From Elusimicrobiota bacterium (GTDB lineage Bacteria; Elusimicrobiota; Elusimicrobia; Elusimicrobiales; UBA9959), in contig JAAYVG010000026.1 of assembly GCA_012517285.1 (NCBI GenBank), forward strand, positions 13,408 to 77,407: DNA of 64,000 nucleotides, written 5' to 3'. Both the position numbers and the translations under genes were made by a program. The notes under the pieces are model-generated. The model did not search any database. It was not told the DNA's origin and worked only from the letters and a program-made list of their open reading frames with translations. Below, in pieces: positions 44,405 to 55,175 of this stretch. Position 1 is the stretch's first letter. Every line of letters begins with the position of its first letter.

Positions 44405-47172
44405 AGATAATCCTTTGTTATTGATCTATCTGAATCCTTAATTTTTGATAGATATCCCTCATAAATAAGATTTCCGCCATCAGGGCCGCCACCCGGACCC
44501 AACTCAATAATCCAGTCAGCTGATTTTATAACATCTATATTATGCTCTATGATAACTATAGTATTACCCTGTTCTTTAAGTCTTTGAATAACCTTTAAAA
44601 GCTTTTCCACATCAGCAAAGTGAAGGCCTGTAGTCGGTTCATCAAGTATGTAGAGATTTTTTCCACCAGTTCTTTTTGAAAGTTCATATGCCAGTTTTAT
44701 TCGCTGTGATTCACCACCGCTAAGGGTGGTTGAGCTCTGACCTAATTTTATATATCCCAAGCCTACATCATTAAGGAGTGATAGTTTGTTCTTTATATGG
44801 GGAACATCATTAAAAAAGACAAGTGCTTCTTCAACACTCATCTCAATAACGTCATAGATGCTTTTCCCTTTATAGGTTACTTCGAGGGTCTCAGTGTTAA
44901 ATCTCTTGCCCATACACTCATCACATATTATGTGAACATCTGGCAAAAATTGCATATGTATATCTATGTATCCCTCACCCTTGCATTTTTCACATCGTCC
45001 ACCTGTTAGATTGAATGAAAACCTTGATGGTGAATAACCTTTTCTTTTAGCAGCTGGTGTTATGGAAAAGAGATATCTTATCTCATCAAAAAAACCAGTG
45101 TATGTTGCAGGGTTTGATCTTGATGTCTTTCCTATTGGAGACTGGTCTACAACAACTATTTTTTCTATTTTATCAAAACCCTTTATGTTTTTAAACTTTC
45201 CCGGCTCCTCCTTGAAGAGCGGTGTTATTTTTTTCATCATTCCTTTATACAGTATCTCGTATAAAAGTGTTGATTTACCTGAGCCTGAAACTCCGCATAT
45301 AACCGTTGTTAGGCCTAAAGGAATTTTAACATCTATGTTTTTCAGATTGAAATGATTTGCTCCATATATTTCTATAAATCCATTTTTTGCTTTAGAATCG
45401 CTTTTCTTTTCAAATACCTGTTTCTTACCGCTAAGATAAGCCCCGGTTATAGAATCCTCTGATTTTTCTATCTCATTTATATTTCCCTGAAATATGAGCT
45501 TTCCTCCATATATACCAGCACCGGGTCCTAACTCAATTATCTGATCGGCATTCCTTATTGTCTTCTCATCATGCTCAACCACAATCAATGTATTTCCTAT
45601 ATCCCTCAATGATTTAAGTGTTGTTATCAGTCTGTCGTTATCCCTTGGATGAAGGCCTATGGTTGGTTCATCAAGCACATAAAGCACACCAGTGAGACCA
45701 CTGCCTATCTGAGTTGCAAGTGATATCCTTTGAGCCTCACCACCAGAAAGAGTTTGAGAATATCTTGAGAGGGTTAGATAGCCAAGTCCTACATTTAAAA
45801 GAAAATCAAGCCTTGATCTTATCTCTTTTATTATAAGTTTTGATATCTCCTTTTCTGAATTTGAAAGTGTAAGATAATCAATAAATTTTCTTAATTCAAT
45901 CACTGTCATATCAGAAAGATCTGATATGCTTTTGCTGCTTATCAAAACCCAGAGAGCTTCTTCCTTTAATCTTTTGCCTTGGCACTGAGGGCATGTAAGT
46001 TCCTTCATATATCTGTTGTATATCTCCTGTTTTACAAACTCTGATTCTGTTTTGGCATATCTTCTCTTTAAATTGTTTATTACTCCTTCAAAATCTCCAT
46101 CGCCATAAAGCATTATCTTTTTATGTTCATCTGAAAGTTTAGAAAATTGAATATCAGTTCTTATCTTATGTTTTGCTGCAACATTGTTTATGATATCCAG
46201 ATAATAATTTCTCCACGAGTTTTTCCATCTGTTTGTTCGGTTGGTGACAGGATTTTCCCAGCATTGAAGAGCACCATCATCTATAGACTTACTAAAGTCA
46301 ATAGCTAATTGTTCATCTATTTCTGTTATAAAGCCTATTCCCTCACATTTAGGGCAGGCTCCATATGGGGAATTGAATGAAAAAAGTCTTGGTTCTAAAT
46401 CTCTTATGCTTATATTACAATACGGGCAGGAGTTTTTCTGACTGTAAAGAATATTGTTTTTTCCAGATAGTATCTCCACAAGCCCACCTGATTCCTTTAC
46501 TGATATCTCAACTGAGTCAGAAAGCCTTTCCATTTCATCATCTGTAAGTGTAAATTTATCAACAATTATTGATATAGAGTGCTTCTTATATCTGTCTAAT
46601 TTTGGTATTTTTGATGTCTGGTATATTTTCCCATCAATCTCAAAGTTTACAAAGCCTTTTTTCTTAAACCTTTCAAACATTTCTTCGTATGTCCCTGTCC
46701 TGCCGCTTACAAGAGGTGATTTGATTGTGATTGGATTGTTCTTAAATTTAGCAGTTATATCCTTGAGCATTGCATCAATACTCCAGCTCGTTATTGGTCT
46801 GTGGCATTTAGGACAGTGAGGCTTTCCAATCCTTGCAAAGAGAAGTCTCAGATAATCATATATCTCTGTGACAGTTCCAACTGTTGAACGTGGATTTTTG
46901 GATGGTGAGTGCTGCTCTATTGCAATGGATGGAGAAAGCCCGTCTATTACATCTATATCAGGTTTTTCCATCATTTCTAAAAATTGTCTTGCATATGCAT
47001 TAAGACTTTCTATATATCTTCTCTGACCCTCAGCATATATTGTGTCGAAGGCAAGCGATGATTTTCCACTCCCGCTCAGCCCTGTTATTACCACAAGTTT
47101 ATTCTTTGGAATTTCAAGATTTATATTTTTAAGATTATGGGTTCTTGCCCCTTTTATTGTGATTTTATCCAT
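44401..47172 (-). CDS. uvrA: Excinuclease ABC subunit A
   Basis: Two ABC modules ([18 protein letters not shown]; [16 protein letters not shown]) interrupted by zinc-finger CxxC pairs. N-terminus [17 protein letters not shown]. Confidence 0.95.
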   Translation of the reverse strand: MDKITIKGARTHNLKNINLEIPKNKLVVITGLSGSGKSSLAFDTIYAEGQRRYIESLNAYARQFLEMMEKPDIDVIDGLSPSIAIEQHSPSKNPRSTVGTVTEIYDYLRLLFARIGKPHCPKCHRPITSWSIDAMLKDITAKFKNNPITIKSPLVSGRTGTYEEMFERFKKKGFVNFEIDGKIYQTSKIPKLDRYKKHSISIIVDKFTLTDDEMERLSDSVEISVKESGGLVEILSGKNNILYSQKNSCPYCNISIRDLEPRLFSFNSPYGACPKCEGIGFITEIDEQLAIDFSKSIDDGALQCWENPVTNRTNRWKNSWRNYYLDIINNVAAKHKIRTDIQFSKLSDEHKKIMLYGDGDFEGVINNLKRRYAKTESEFVKQEIYNRYMKELTCPQCQGKRLKEEALWVLISSKSISDLSDMTVIELRKFIDYLTLSNSEKEISKLIIKEIRSRLDFLLNVGLGYLTLSRYSQTLSGGEAQRISLATQIGSGLTGVLYVLDEPTIGLHPRDNDRLITTLKSLRDIGNTLIVVEHDEKTIRNADQIIELGPGAGIYGGKLIFQGNINEIEKSEDSITGAYLSGKKQVFEKKSDSKAKNGFIEIYGANHFNLKNIDVKIPLGLTTVICGVSGSGKSTLLYEILYKGMMKKITPLFKEEPGKFKNIKGFDKIEKIVVVDQSPIGKTSRSNPATYTGFFDEIRYLFSITPAAKRKGYSPSRFSFNLTGGRCEKCKGEGYIDIHMQFLPDVHIICDECMGKRFNTETLEVTYKGKSIYDVIEMSVEEALVFFNDVPHIKNKLSLLNDVGLGYIKLGQSSTTLSGGESQRIKLAYELSKRTGGKNLYILDEPTTGLHFADVEKLLKVIQRLKEQGNTIVIIEHNIDVIKSADWIIELGPGGGPDGGNLIYEGYLSKIKDSDRSITKDYL

Positions 47173-47173
47173 A

Positions 47174-48790
47174 TCAGATCTGATTGTATCTGTTTAAAAC
47201 TGTGTCCTTAACAATTTTATTCTGCTGGGTATGATCCTCATTGTAGTATGCTCCCCTTGATTCCTTTCTTTGAAGTGAGCTTTCTATAATAATTTTTAAC
47301 ACAACTGCAATGTTTCTAAGCTCTATAAAATTTTTGTTTGGCCTGTACTTGGTATAGTAATAGTTTATCTCCTCAGTTATGAGATCTATTTTCTTTTTTG
47401 CTCTTAAAAGCCTTTCATCACTCCTGACTATTCCCGCATAGTTGTTTGCAAGGGTTCTTATCTCATTCCAGTTCTGAAGTATTATAACATCCTCACGAGA
47501 TTGAACTGTTTTAAGATAGTTCCAGAGTGTGTGTTTTTTATCTGAATATTTGGATATTTCTGTCCTGTCATCTTTTATTGAAAGATATGCTCTGTTGGCA
47601 AAGACAGCTGCTTCAAGCAGTGAGTTTGATGCTAACCTGTTTGCACCATGAAGCCCTGTGTGTGAGACCTCTCCTATGGCATATAAATTTTTCATCTTTG
47701 TTCTTCCATGTTCATCAACATCTATACCGCCACAGAAAAAATGAGCAGCAGGCACTACTGGAATAGGTTGTTTTGTTATATCTATCTGATAGTCAAGGCA
47801 TGTTTTATATATATATGGAAATCTTTTTTTTACATAGTTTTGAGGTTTGAATGATATATCTAAATACACATAATTGTCACCAGTTTTTTTTAATTCATTT
47901 GCTATTGCCCTTGACACAACGTCCCTTGGAGCTAGTTCCTTTTTTGGGGAGTATTTCTGCATAAATTCCTTACCATTTTTCAACTTTAACACAGCTCCCT
48001 CACCACGCAATGCTTCTGATATCAAAAAATTCTGTGCCTTTGGATGATACAGGCAGGTGGGATGGAACTGTATGAATTCCATATTCGTAAGGTCAAGGCC
48101 GCTCTTGTATGCTATAGCATAGCCATCACCTGTAGCAGTTTGTGGATTTGATGTGTATAAATATGTCCTTCCTCCACCACCTGTGGCAAGAATAGTTTTT
48201 GATGATATGAACGAGTTTATCCTATTCGTTTTAAGATCAAGTACGTATGCACCTAAAACTGAATTTTTTTCTGGTCTTGTATCCTTTGGATGTGATGAGA
48301 GTATCAGATCAATTATCTGATGCTGTTCAAAAATTTTTATATTTTTATTGGTCTTAATCCTTTTTATCAGAGCTTCAACTATTGCCCTCCCAGTGTAATC
48401 ATAGTGATGAAGTATTCTTCTGTGCGAGTGGCCTCCTTCAAGACCTAATTCAAATTCGCCACCTGATCTGTCAAACTCCACCCCAAAATTGATCAGTTCT
48501 TTTATTATTGTCGGAGCATCTCTAACAACAGCTTCAACTATGTTTTTTCTTGAAAGACCACATCCTGTTCTGAGCGTGTCTTCTATATGATCCCTAAAAC
48601 TATCATCCCTATCAGTGACTGCTGCAATACCGCCCTGAGCATATATTGAGTTGGATACGTTTATAAAATCCTTTGTTATTAAATTTACCTTTCCTATTTC
48701 AGAGAGCTTTAAGGAGGCAAAGAGTCCGCCAACACCGCTTCCTATCACAAGAAACTCGGAATATATTTTTTTATTTTCTGTTTTGTTCAT
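47174..48790 (-). CDS. nadB: L-aspartate oxidase
   Basis: FAD motif VIGSGVGG, with [10 protein letters not shown], Hxx[28 protein letters not shown] and [13 protein letters not shown]. Confidence 0.9.
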   Translation of the reverse strand: MNKTENKKIYSEFLVIGSGVGGLFASLKLSEIGKVNLITKDFINVSNSIYAQGGIAAVTDRDDSFRDHIEDTLRTGCGLSRKNIVEAVVRDAPTIIKELINFGVEFDRSGGEFELGLEGGHSHRRILHHYDYTGRAIVEALIKRIKTNKNIKIFEQHQIIDLILSSHPKDTRPEKNSVLGAYVLDLKTNRINSFISSKTILATGGGGRTYLYTSNPQTATGDGYAIAYKSGLDLTNMEFIQFHPTCLYHPKAQNFLISEALRGEGAVLKLKNGKEFMQKYSPKKELAPRDVVSRAIANELKKTGDNYVYLDISFKPQNYVKKRFPYIYKTCLDYQIDITKQPIPVVPAAHFFCGGIDVDEHGRTKMKNLYAIGEVSHTGLHGANRLASNSLLEAAVFANRAYLSIKDDRTEISKYSDKKHTLWNYLKTVQSREDVIILQNWNEIRTLANNYAGIVRSDERLLRAKKKIDLITEEINYYYTKYRPNKNFIELRNIAVVLKIIIESSLQRKESRGAYYNEDHTQQNKIVKDTVLNRYNQI

Positions 48791-48854
48791 AAAATTTATA
48801 AAATATAGTATGATTACTATTATATTTTAGCACTTTTGAAGTATAAATAAAATA

Positions 48855-49877
48855 ATGAAGATAATAAAGAAGCTTATAAAATTCATACCATTGATAGTTG
48901 CTATAGTGATACTTTTTTTTCTCATATATCCGAACTATGACCAGATAGTAAAAGTCTATTCAATATCTTCAAAAAAATATCTTTTTTTAGCCTTTTTATC
49001 AGCTATAGCAAGCTATTTTTTTATGAGCCTCTCTCTCCATGAGATGATTAAAATAATGGGATATAAGATTGGTTTTTTTGATTCATTTTCTATAACATTT
49101 ATTTCTACAAGTGTCAATTATTTCCTTTCCTCTGGCGGAGCAAGCGGTTTTGCAATAAGAACACATCTCTTAAATAAAAAAAAGGTGCCTGTTAGTGCTT
49201 CTGTAACAACCTCTGTTGTCCTTACCGCATTCATATATCTAATATTAGGATTTATAATATTTCAGAGTTTTCTTCTTCATCTCTTTCAAATAAAGCATTT
49301 AAATAGTCAGATAATTGAAGGGTTTGTTGCATCAATTGTAGTTTTTTTGATACCTCTTGTTATGACTCTTATACTTTATAATTACAGATTCAGAAACAGA
49401 TGGGCCATAAGAATTTACTATTTTATAAATTCTACTTTATATCAGATAACAAAATATCAGATAGCCAAGGAGGATTTTAAGTACTTTAAAAACCAACTTA
49501 ACTTCGGAATAAATTTGCTTGACAAAAAAAAATACGAGCTACCAAAGGTAATAATATATGTCCTTTTTGACTGGGTTTTTAATATAATTGTTCTCTACTT
49601 TGCTTTTATGTCCATAAATATAAAGATATCAGTTATAACACTTATAGTGGGTTTTTCCTTTGGAATAGTTATGGCTGTGATCCCAATCCTTCCAGCAGGA
49701 CTTGGTGCTATGGAGCTTGTTATATCAGGATTTTACTCCAACTATGGAATTCCATTTGAGTCAGCAATATTTGCGAGTCTTGTGTTCAGGGTCTTTTATT
49801 ATATAGTTCCATCTATAATAAGTCTTATTATGTATTATGGTATGAGAATGGTGGAGCCAGATATTGATAGAGTCTAA
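48855..49877 (+). CDS. Flippase-like / LPG-synthase-TM (UPF0104) family membrane protein
   Basis: About 8 hydrophobic helices. The layout and N-terminus are similar to the TIGR00374-type family. No soluble domain. Confidence 0.5.
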   Translation: MKIIKKLIKFIPLIVAIVILFFLIYPNYDQIVKVYSISSKKYLFLAFLSAIASYFFMSLSLHEMIKIMGYKIGFFDSFSITFISTSVNYFLSSGGASGFAIRTHLLNKKKVPVSASVTTSVVLTAFIYLILGFIIFQSFLLHLFQIKHLNSQIIEGFVASIVVFLIPLVMTLILYNYRFRNRWAIRIYYFINSTLYQITKYQIAKEDFKYFKNQLNFGINLLDKKKYELPKVIIYVLFDWVFNIIVLYFAFMSINIKISVITLIVGFSFGIVMAVIPILPAGLGAMELVISGFYSNYGIPFESAIFASLVFRVFYYIVPSIISLIMYYGMRMVEPDIDRV

Positions 49878-49878
49878 A

Positions 49879-49972
49879 ACAGTGGACAGTGATCAGTGGA
49901 CAGTGGTCAGAAAAGGCAAAAAGCAATAGTGAACAGTGGTCAGTGGACAGTGATCAGTGGACAGTGGACAGA
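49879..49972 (-). repeat. Heptamer array (CAGTGRW on + strand, the complement of the CACTGAY family)
   Basis: cagtggacagtgatcagtggacagtggtcag ... cagtggtcagtggacagtgatcagtggacagtggacag. Same family as 34620-34753 in the opposite orientation. Confidence 0.85.
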
Positions 49973-50032
49973 AAAGATAGTTGTTTAGGAAGAAATAGAG
50001 ATGTAAACATCAAGATTAAGACAGTGATCAAA

Positions 50033-50107
50033 GGTCAGAAGACAGAAATCAGAAAACAGATGTCAGAAGTCAGATGACAGAAAACAGAAGGCAGAAGACA
50101 GAAAGCA
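50033..50107 (+). repeat. Degenerate heptamer array CAGAARN (11 units)
   Basis: cagaaga cagaaat cagaaaa cagatgt cagaagt cagatga cagaaaa cagaagg cagaaga cagaaag. Confidence 0.9.
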
Positions 50108-50154
50108 CGAAACAGGATTTAAGAAGTCAGAAGAATAAAAAGAAATCACTCTTT

Positions 50155-50225
50155 ATCTGACTTCTGTCCATGCCTGCGCCGAAGCGGCTTCGCCATGCTG
50201 GCTCTGTCTTCTGACTTCTGTTTCA
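50155..50225. repeat. Degenerate GC-palindrome copy flanked by CTGACTTCTG heptamers
   Basis: ctgacttctgtcc-atgcctgcgccgaagcggcttcgccatgctgg-ctctgtcttctgacttctg. The outer stem is decayed relative to the other copies. Confidence 0.75.
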
Positions 50226-50236
50226 TGGGAGGTTAT

Positions 50237-50746
50237 ATGGTAGAAAAGTTTATGGATTATGTTCCAGAGATATCTGATAAGGCGATGATTCATCCATCAG
50301 CTACTATTATTGGCAGATGTGAAATTGCTGAGGGCGTTTCTATATGGCCGGGGGTTGTTATAAGGGGTGATGTGGATAAGATTAAAATAGGGAAAAATTC
50401 AAATGTTCAGGATAACAGTGTCTTTCATCCTAACCTAAATAGGCCGGTTATCATAGGCGAAAATGTAACCGTAGGACATTCAGCTGTAGTACATGGCTCT
50501 GTAATAGGCAACAACTGTCTTATAGGCATGAATGCAACGGTTATAGAAAGTGAGATAGGTGAAAACTGCCTTATAGGAGCAGGATGTCTTATAACTCCCA
50601 ACAGCAAGATTCCACCAAATTCACTTGTTTTAGGTCTTCCGTTTAAGGTGGTGAGACAGCTTTCTGATGATGAGATAAAATCACTTAAAAACTCTGCTGA
50701 TGAGTATTTAGAATTGGCTAAAATCTATGATTGGAGTAAAAAATGA
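50237..50746 (+). CDS. Gamma-carbonic-anhydrase-like left-handed beta-helix (hexapeptide repeat) protein
   Basis: GGGAGG RBS then ATG at 50237; the track start at 50195 lies inside repeat DNA. IHPSATIIG...VSIWPGVVIRGD...IGKNSNVQDNSVFH...VTVGHSAVVHG is typical of the YrdA/PaaY family. Confidence 0.8.
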   Translation: MVEKFMDYVPEISDKAMIHPSATIIGRCEIAEGVSIWPGVVIRGDVDKIKIGKNSNVQDNSVFHPNLNRPVIIGENVTVGHSAVVHGSVIGNNCLIGMNATVIESEIGENCLIGAGCLITPNSKIPPNSLVLGLPFKVVRQLSDDEIKSLKNSADEYLELAKIYDWSKK

Positions 50747-51126
50747 AAAAAATACTTATAATAGAGGATAACAGGGAAACTGGAAATATACTTAAAGAGA
50801 TACTTATTAAGGAAGGCTATGATGTAAAAATAGCAAATGATGGAGTCACAGGTGTTCTTTACTCACAGAAGGAACTTCCAGATCTGATTCTCCTTGATCT
50901 TCTTTTGCCAAAGATAAGTGGTTTTGATATAGCAAACAGACTTGCTGAGAATGACAAAACAAGAAAGATTCCTGTAATTGTTATCTCCACACTTGCGGAT
51001 GAGAAGCAATCAAGGGATAAGCTTAAGAAGTGTGAAATAATAAAATTTATGAAGAAGCCGTATAATATTGAGGATCTTATGTTGGAAATAAAAGCTCTGC
51101 TTAAATCAAAAGATGATAAAAAATAA
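50743..51126 (+). CDS. Single-domain response regulator (CheY-like receiver)
   Basis: IIEDN...DLILLDLLLPKISG...MKKPY receiver motifs. Confidence 0.85.
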   Translation: MKKILIIEDNRETGNILKEILIKEGYDVKIANDGVTGVLYSQKELPDLILLDLLLPKISGFDIANRLAENDKTRKIPVIVISTLADEKQSRDKLKKCEIIKFMKKPYNIEDLMLEIKALLKSKDDKK

Positions 51127-51841
51127 AAACATAGTAGATATAAGAAAAATATTTGATCTCTTGTATGATAGTTTTCAAGCCCAAGGCTGGTGGCCTATTT
51201 ATGATTTAAAGACTGGACAATCACTTTACCGTAAAAACTTTTTTGGTCTGCTTGACGAAGATGAGATGCTTGAGATATCACTCGGGGCAATACTGACTCA
51301 GAACACTTCTTGGAAGAACGCTGAGAAAGCAATTGGAGAACTTAAGAAAAACAAGTTTATAGATTATAAAAAAATACTTTCCTCAGATGAACAAGATATA
51401 GCTCTTCTTATAAAATCCAGTGGATATTACAATCAGAAGGCTAAAAAAATAAAAAATTTTTCACTCTGGATAAAAAAGAACGGTGGGAAATTATCAGAGC
51501 TCAAAAAAAAGGATCCGTATCATTTAAGAGAAGAACTTCTTTTGATAAATGGGGTTGGCAAGGAGACAGCTGATTCAATACTCCTTTACAGTTTTTATCT
51601 TCCTTTTTTTGTTGTTGATAGCTATACAAAAAGAGTCTATCAGAGAGTTACTGGTGATCATAATGATTATGAATACGATGAGCTGAGAGAAATATTTGAG
51701 AACAGCATAGAAAAAAATTTTAAAATCTATAATGAGTTTCATGCTTTGCTGGTCAAAACCGCTAAGGATTTCTGCTTGAAGAATCTTCCGGTTTGTGTTA
51801 AATGTCCTTTAGAGAAAATATGCAGGAGATATTATGAATGA
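51113..51841 (+). CDS. Endonuclease III-related HhH-GPD DNA glycosylase
   Basis: ILTQNTSW, the HhH LLLINGVGKETADSILLY, and the C-terminal Cys cluster CLKNLPVCVKCPLEKIC. Confidence 0.75.
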   Translation: MIKNKNIVDIRKIFDLLYDSFQAQGWWPIYDLKTGQSLYRKNFFGLLDEDEMLEISLGAILTQNTSWKNAEKAIGELKKNKFIDYKKILSSDEQDIALLIKSSGYYNQKAKKIKNFSLWIKKNGGKLSELKKKDPYHLREELLLINGVGKETADSILLYSFYLPFFVVDSYTKRVYQRVTGDHNDYEYDELREIFENSIEKNFKIYNEFHALLVKTAKDFCLKNLPVCVKCPLEKICRRYYE

Positions 51842-52877
51842 TGTTATTGAAATGATAGAAAAAAAACTTGATGATGAGGATGTTTTATCTGCTCGCAAAA
51901 TGATAGAAAAGCTTGATAAAAATAGTCCTTATAGATATTATTTTATTGCTGAGTCTAAAAGAATAGAAGGTTTTCTTAAAAATGCTATATATGATTATCT
52001 CAGAGCAATAAAGGGATTAAAGGATATGGACAGAGAAAAGTATTTTAATTCTCTTTTAAAAATATCAGCGATATATAGAAGTGAGGGTGATAAAAAGAAC
52101 ACGTTGAAGTATATAAATATGGCAGAGAAAATAAATCCTAATTCTTTGGAGCTTATGATTGAAAAAGCTATGTATTACAGAATGATCGGTAACTTTGAAA
52201 AAGCGATCTCAATATTCAATAGAGTTAAAGAAAAATATATTTTGGAAAAAGATTATGCGGGTGTATCATACATAATGTGGGCTATCGGTGGAATACTTAG
52301 GTTGAAAGGGATGTTTAAGGAATCTATAAAATCTTATCAAAATGCTATCTCACATGCAAAAAGAGTGAAGGATTCATCGCTTGAAGTATATTCATTGTTC
52401 GGGCTTGCTGGTGTCTTAAGAGTAAGCGGTGAGATTAAAAAATCTTATGAGATTTACAGAAAATCATTATCTCTTATAAGCACTGATGACTCATTTGCTA
52501 CCGCTTATGTCCACTGTGGTATGGCAAACTCATTGAGGCAATCTCAAAGACTTGATGATGCTATAAAAAATTATAGGATATCATACAAATATTATTCAAA
52601 GATCAATGATTCTCTTGACCTTGCCCTTGTACTCTGGGGAGCGGGTGAGTGTTATAAGAAAAAGAATAAGCTTGATACTGCTCTTAAATTGTTTAAAAAA
52701 GCTTCAAAACTTTTTAAAACTGGTTTTGAGCCTCGTGGTGAGATATTGAATATGATATCAACAGCTGAAACTCTTTATCTGCTCGGTAATATAAAGGAAG
52801 CTAATAAAATTTATTTTAATGCAATTGAAAAGGCTAAAAAAAATCATCTCTACACATATCTTGAGAGATTCACATAA
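51834..52877 (+). CDS. Tetratricopeptide-repeat protein
   Basis: About 8 TPR-like units (e.g. YIMWAIGGILRLKGMFKESIKSYQNAISHAK). No signal peptide. Confidence 0.6.
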   Translation: MNDVIEMIEKKLDDEDVLSARKMIEKLDKNSPYRYYFIAESKRIEGFLKNAIYDYLRAIKGLKDMDREKYFNSLLKISAIYRSEGDKKNTLKYINMAEKINPNSLELMIEKAMYYRMIGNFEKAISIFNRVKEKYILEKDYAGVSYIMWAIGGILRLKGMFKESIKSYQNAISHAKRVKDSSLEVYSLFGLAGVLRVSGEIKKSYEIYRKSLSLISTDDSFATAYVHCGMANSLRQSQRLDDAIKNYRISYKYYSKINDSLDLALVLWGAGECYKKKNKLDTALKLFKKASKLFKTGFEPRGEILNMISTAETLYLLGNIKEANKIYFNAIEKAKKNHLYTYLERFT

Positions 52878-52884
52878 TAATAGA

Positions 52885-52998
52885 GATGAAGACAGATGTC
52901 AGAAGTCAGATCCTGCCTGCCGAAGCCGCTTCGGCGCAGGCAGGGACAGAAAACGGACTAATTAGTTATTTAGTCATCTCGTTATTTGGTTATTTAGG
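52885..52998 (+). repeat. Composite intergenic element, copy E2
   Basis: gatgaagacagatgtcagaagtcagat + palindrome 52912-52944 + gacagaaaacggactaattagttatttagtcatctcgttatttggttatttagg. Near-identical to the reverse complement of E1. Confidence 0.9.
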
Positions 52999-53037
52999 GG
53001 AACAGGGGAATTAGTCATTTAGTCTGATCAGTAAATT

Positions 53038-53046
53038 TGTTAAAAT
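53038..53046 (+). promoter_or_regulatory. Extended -10 (TGtTAAAAT) 7 nt before ATG 53054
   Basis: Read directly from the sequence. No SD. Confidence 0.45.
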
Positions 53047-53053
53047 ATAGGTT

Positions 53054-53737
53054 ATGAGAATTTTGTTTTTTATGCTGTTTTTTATGATCTGTAATTCGTT
53101 ATCGATTTTTTCGAAGGAAAATGCTGATAATTTTTTGATGGGTGGCGTCGTTAAAAGCGATGTATGGGAGATTGACAGAAAACTTAATCTTGAATATTTT
53201 AATGGTAATGTCTATTTCAAGAATTATTATCATGAGCTTAAAGCAAACAGTGCAGTATATAATCATAATATTCATAAATGGAATGCCCTTGGAAGGGTGT
53301 ATATAAAAAGGAATCTTGACAGTGAATCATATGCTGAAACATTCTGTGATATGGCTGAATATATGGAGGATACTCAGATAGCTAAGATGGATTCAAAGCA
53401 TAAAAAACTTAAATTGATTTATTATACAAATAATGAGGAAGCATATACCGCTTATTCTGTCAAGGCTGTTGTTGAGGCTCTTGATAGAAGGGTTACTTTT
53501 TATGATAAATTTGAACTATATGCATCAAGCATATCTGTTTTCTCTGATAAGGCTGTTTATGATGATTATGAAAAAACATTTGATATGACACTCAATCCTT
53601 ATGCTATGGGCTATGATGAAAAATATGATCTTTATCTTAAGGGTGATGAACTCCTGCTTTTAAAGAATGATGAAACATTGTATGCTTATAACAATGTCTA
53701 TGGTTTGATAAAACCTAGGAAAGAGGATCAGCAATGA
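53054..53737 (+). CDS. LptA/OstA-N-like periplasmic protein
   Basis: Signal peptide. Beta-jellyroll-like repeats of the type L.GNV.F......L.A..A.Y. Immediately upstream of and overlapping lptB. Confidence 0.45.
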   Translation: MRILFFMLFFMICNSLSIFSKENADNFLMGGVVKSDVWEIDRKLNLEYFNGNVYFKNYYHELKANSAVYNHNIHKWNALGRVYIKRNLDSESYAETFCDMAEYMEDTQIAKMDSKHKKLKLIYYTNNEEAYTAYSVKAVVEALDRRVTFYDKFELYASSISVFSDKAVYDDYEKTFDMTLNPYAMGYDEKYDLYLKGDELLLLKNDETLYAYNNVYGLIKPRKEDQQ

Positions 53738-54453
53738 AGCTATACTCCAGAGGACTTGTTAAAATATACAATAAGAGGCGGGTTGTTAATGGGGTATCTA
53801 TTGAGGTTGCTCAGGGAGAAATAGTGGGTCTTTTGGGTCCAAATGGGGCAGGAAAATCAACAACATTTAATATGATGATAGGATTTACTATTCCTGATGA
53901 AGGTCAAGTCTTTATTGATAATACAGAAATAACTGATAAGCCAGTATATCAAAGAGCAAGGCTTGGAGTTGGATATTTAGCACAGGAACCGACAATATTT
54001 AGGGAGCTGAGTGTTGAGGATAACCTTCGAGCTATCGTTGAAAGAACTGTTAAGGATAAAAATATTATAGCTGATAAGGTTGAAAGACTTTTGAGAGAGT
54101 TTTCAATTGAAAAACTAAGAAAGCAGAAGGCTTATACGCTATCAGGTGGAGAGAAGAGAAGGCTTGAGGTAGCTAGGGTTATGATAAATGATCCTAAAAT
54201 AATAATGCTTGATGAACCATTTGTGGGGATAGATCCTATAACAGTAAGCGAACTAAAAAAAATAATTCAGTATCTTAAAGAAAAAAACATAGGCATACTC
54301 ATAAGTGATCACAATGTAAGGGAGACCCTTTCAATAGTCAACCGAGCTTATCTCATATATATGGGTGAGATACTTGTTCAGGGCACTGCTGATACTCTCA
54401 TCAATGATCCTAAAGCAAAAGAGTTTTACCTCGGTGCAGATTTTAAGATGTAG
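53734..54453 (+). CDS. lptB: LPS export ABC transporter ATP-binding protein
   Basis: Walker A GPNGAGKST, signature LSGGEKRRLEVAR, Walker B IIMLDEPF, and the LptB-typical C-terminus DPKAKEFYLG. Confidence 0.9.
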   Translation: MKLYSRGLVKIYNKRRVVNGVSIEVAQGEIVGLLGPNGAGKSTTFNMMIGFTIPDEGQVFIDNTEITDKPVYQRARLGVGYLAQEPTIFRELSVEDNLRAIVERTVKDKNIIADKVERLLREFSIEKLRKQKAYTLSGGEKRRLEVARVMINDPKIIMLDEPFVGIDPITVSELKKIIQYLKEKNIGILISDHNVRETLSIVNRAYLIYMGEILVQGTADTLINDPKAKEFYLGADFKM

Positions 54454-54456
54454 CGT

Positions 54457-54963
54457 ATGAGATTCATATTATTCTTTATTTTTTCTTTTTGTCTGATTTC
54501 GTGTAAGAACACTGATAATGGGGTTAAGATAAGTCAGGAAACATTCATTAAATCTTTCAGCATAGATCACTTTGAAAACGGTAAGAAGTTATGGACTCTT
54601 AAATGTAATAATGCAGTGGTTGATGATAAAAAAAATACTATAAAGTGTTTTGAAACAACCGTAAACCTTTTTCGTGATAAGGTGCTGACAACTGAAATGA
54701 GATCAAGGTTTGGATATGGTGATCTCTCAGACAATTCATTCTATTTAAAAAATAATGTCTATATATTATCATATATTGAGGATACAAGCATAGAATCAGA
54801 TATAGTATATTTTGATTTTAAAAAAAATATTATACATTCTGATCTCAGATCAAGAATAGTTAAAAGAAGGGATAATGTGGAAATAATATCAAAGGGTTTT
54901 AAATCAAACACAGATATATCAAACATAAAATTTTTCAATCATACCACACGGGTGCTAAAATAG
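54457..54963 (+). CDS. LptC-like membrane-anchored protein
   Basis: N-terminal anchor/lipobox-like LISC. Short beta-rich periplasmic domain (KLWTLKCNNAVVD...FYLKNNVYI). Position is next to lptB. Confidence 0.4.
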   Translation: MRFILFFIFSFCLISCKNTDNGVKISQETFIKSFSIDHFENGKKLWTLKCNNAVVDDKKNTIKCFETTVNLFRDKVLTTEMRSRFGYGDLSDNSFYLKNNVYILSYIEDTSIESDIVYFDFKKNIIHSDLRSRIVKRRDNVEIISKGFKSNTDISNIKFFNHTTRVLK

Positions 54964-54964
54964 T

Positions 54965-55175
54965 GCCTGCCCCCTGCAATCTGTTAAGGAGTTGTAAACC
55001 AGCATTAATTTAACACATGTAATCCGCCATAGTTCCTGCCTGCCAGCCTGCGCCGAAGCGGCTTCGGCAGGCAAGGTCAGAAGACAGAAGACGAAGGACA
55101 GAAAGCAGGAGACAGATAACTAAATAACTAATTTGTCTGTCTTTATCTTGATGATGTATTTTATATAATATACTT
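54965..55175 (+). repeat. Long-form element copy X2 + CAGAAG heptamers + CTAAATAA heptamers + promoter-bearing end
   Basis: The whole 212-bp lptC-like/rfaE1 spacer consists of repeat modules. The palindrome is at 55035-55076. The end GATGTATTTTATATAATATACTT is shared with 36408-36430. Confidence 0.85.
55164..55169 (+). promoter_or_regulatory. -10 hexamer TATAAT carried on the repeat end, 6 nt before ATG 55176
   Basis: Same repeat-borne sequence as at 36419. No SD. Confidence 0.45.

Noticed and set aside
49889-50077. Track ORF of 62 aa (MISGQWSEKAKSNSEQWSVDSDQWTVD...KTEIRKQMSEVR). A similar unlisted ~58-aa ORF lies at 5868-6040.
   Set aside because: Both are translations of the heptamer arrays; their periodic QW/SD and K/Q/E/R patterns mirror the 7-nt repeats. 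Neither has an RBS or promoter. The similarity between them is DNA-repeat driven.
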